A stretch of DNA of 63,497 bases, the filler included, from Octopus bimaculoides (Eukaryota): NCBI RefSeq assembly GCF_001194135.2. It is 9 parts of 6 records of this genome, joined end to end, with 100 filler letters (N's around TTAATTAATTAA, not from the genome) between each part and the next. Parts side by side here need not be neighbours in the genome. Positions count along the whole stretch, not along the records: positions 62,424 to 63,497 come from NC_068993.1; 8 more parts are not named here. One strand, written 5' to 3'. This document shows positions 63,295 through 63,497 of this stretch, one piece after another. The position numbers and the translations under genes were made by a program. Numbering within the stretch: the stretch's first letter is position 1; the number at the start of each line of letters is the position of its first letter. Under the pieces are notes generated by a model. It did no database searches, was not told the DNA's origin, and saw nothing but the letters and a program-made list of their open reading frames with translations.

Positions 63295-63475
63295 AACAAC
63301 AACAGACGAGGACAGGTGGTGTAAATAACAAAAGGATGTATTAGTATGACGCTCGGGAATACGGAAAGTCTTTGACGTTTCGAGCTACGCTCTTCAACAG
63401 AAGGAATACGGAGACAAGGAGAAAAACACGGAGAAAAAAAATTGAATAGTGTCCAGTCAACGGTCAATCATATTA
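63295..63475 (-). repeat. Second copy of the 9108-9295 repeat with hammerhead-like segment at 63370-63404
   Basis: Minus strand reads CCUU-CUGUUGA-A-GAGC GUA GCUC-GAAAC-GUC-AAAG. Confidence 0.7.
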
Positions 63476-63497
63476 ATGGCTGATCATAACAATGGCT

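Overview
AT-rich, microsatellite-laden, gap-riddled animal genomic DNA. The SINE families, the (TA/CA/ATAG)n load and the gap style suggest a coleoid cephalopod, probably Octopus; this is inference, not a database match. No long intact protein-coding ORF is present, and most ORF-track entries are microsatellite or N-gap artefacts. The window holds: at least 3 tRNA-headed SINE families, 6 decayed mariner elements, 4 Penelope-like (PLE) fragments, a Ty3/Gypsy relic, RTE, Tx1-like and R4/Dong-like LINE ends, and several long-TIR MITEs. Two signals were read by hand. (1) Several minimal hammerhead-ribozyme motifs with palindromic stem III, including a head-to-head pair inside a perfect ~540-bp palindrome at 33.1-33.9 kb and a canonical one at 23082-23141. 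(2) Four small minus-strand exon candidates (14473 to 4065) that splice in phase into a 74-aa Cys-rich-N-terminus microprotein. Also notable are a Merlin-like MITE carrying (CCCTAA)11 with an 8-bp TSD, a 115-bp TG..CA solo-LTR-like insert with a 5-bp TSD, and a fold-back mariner.
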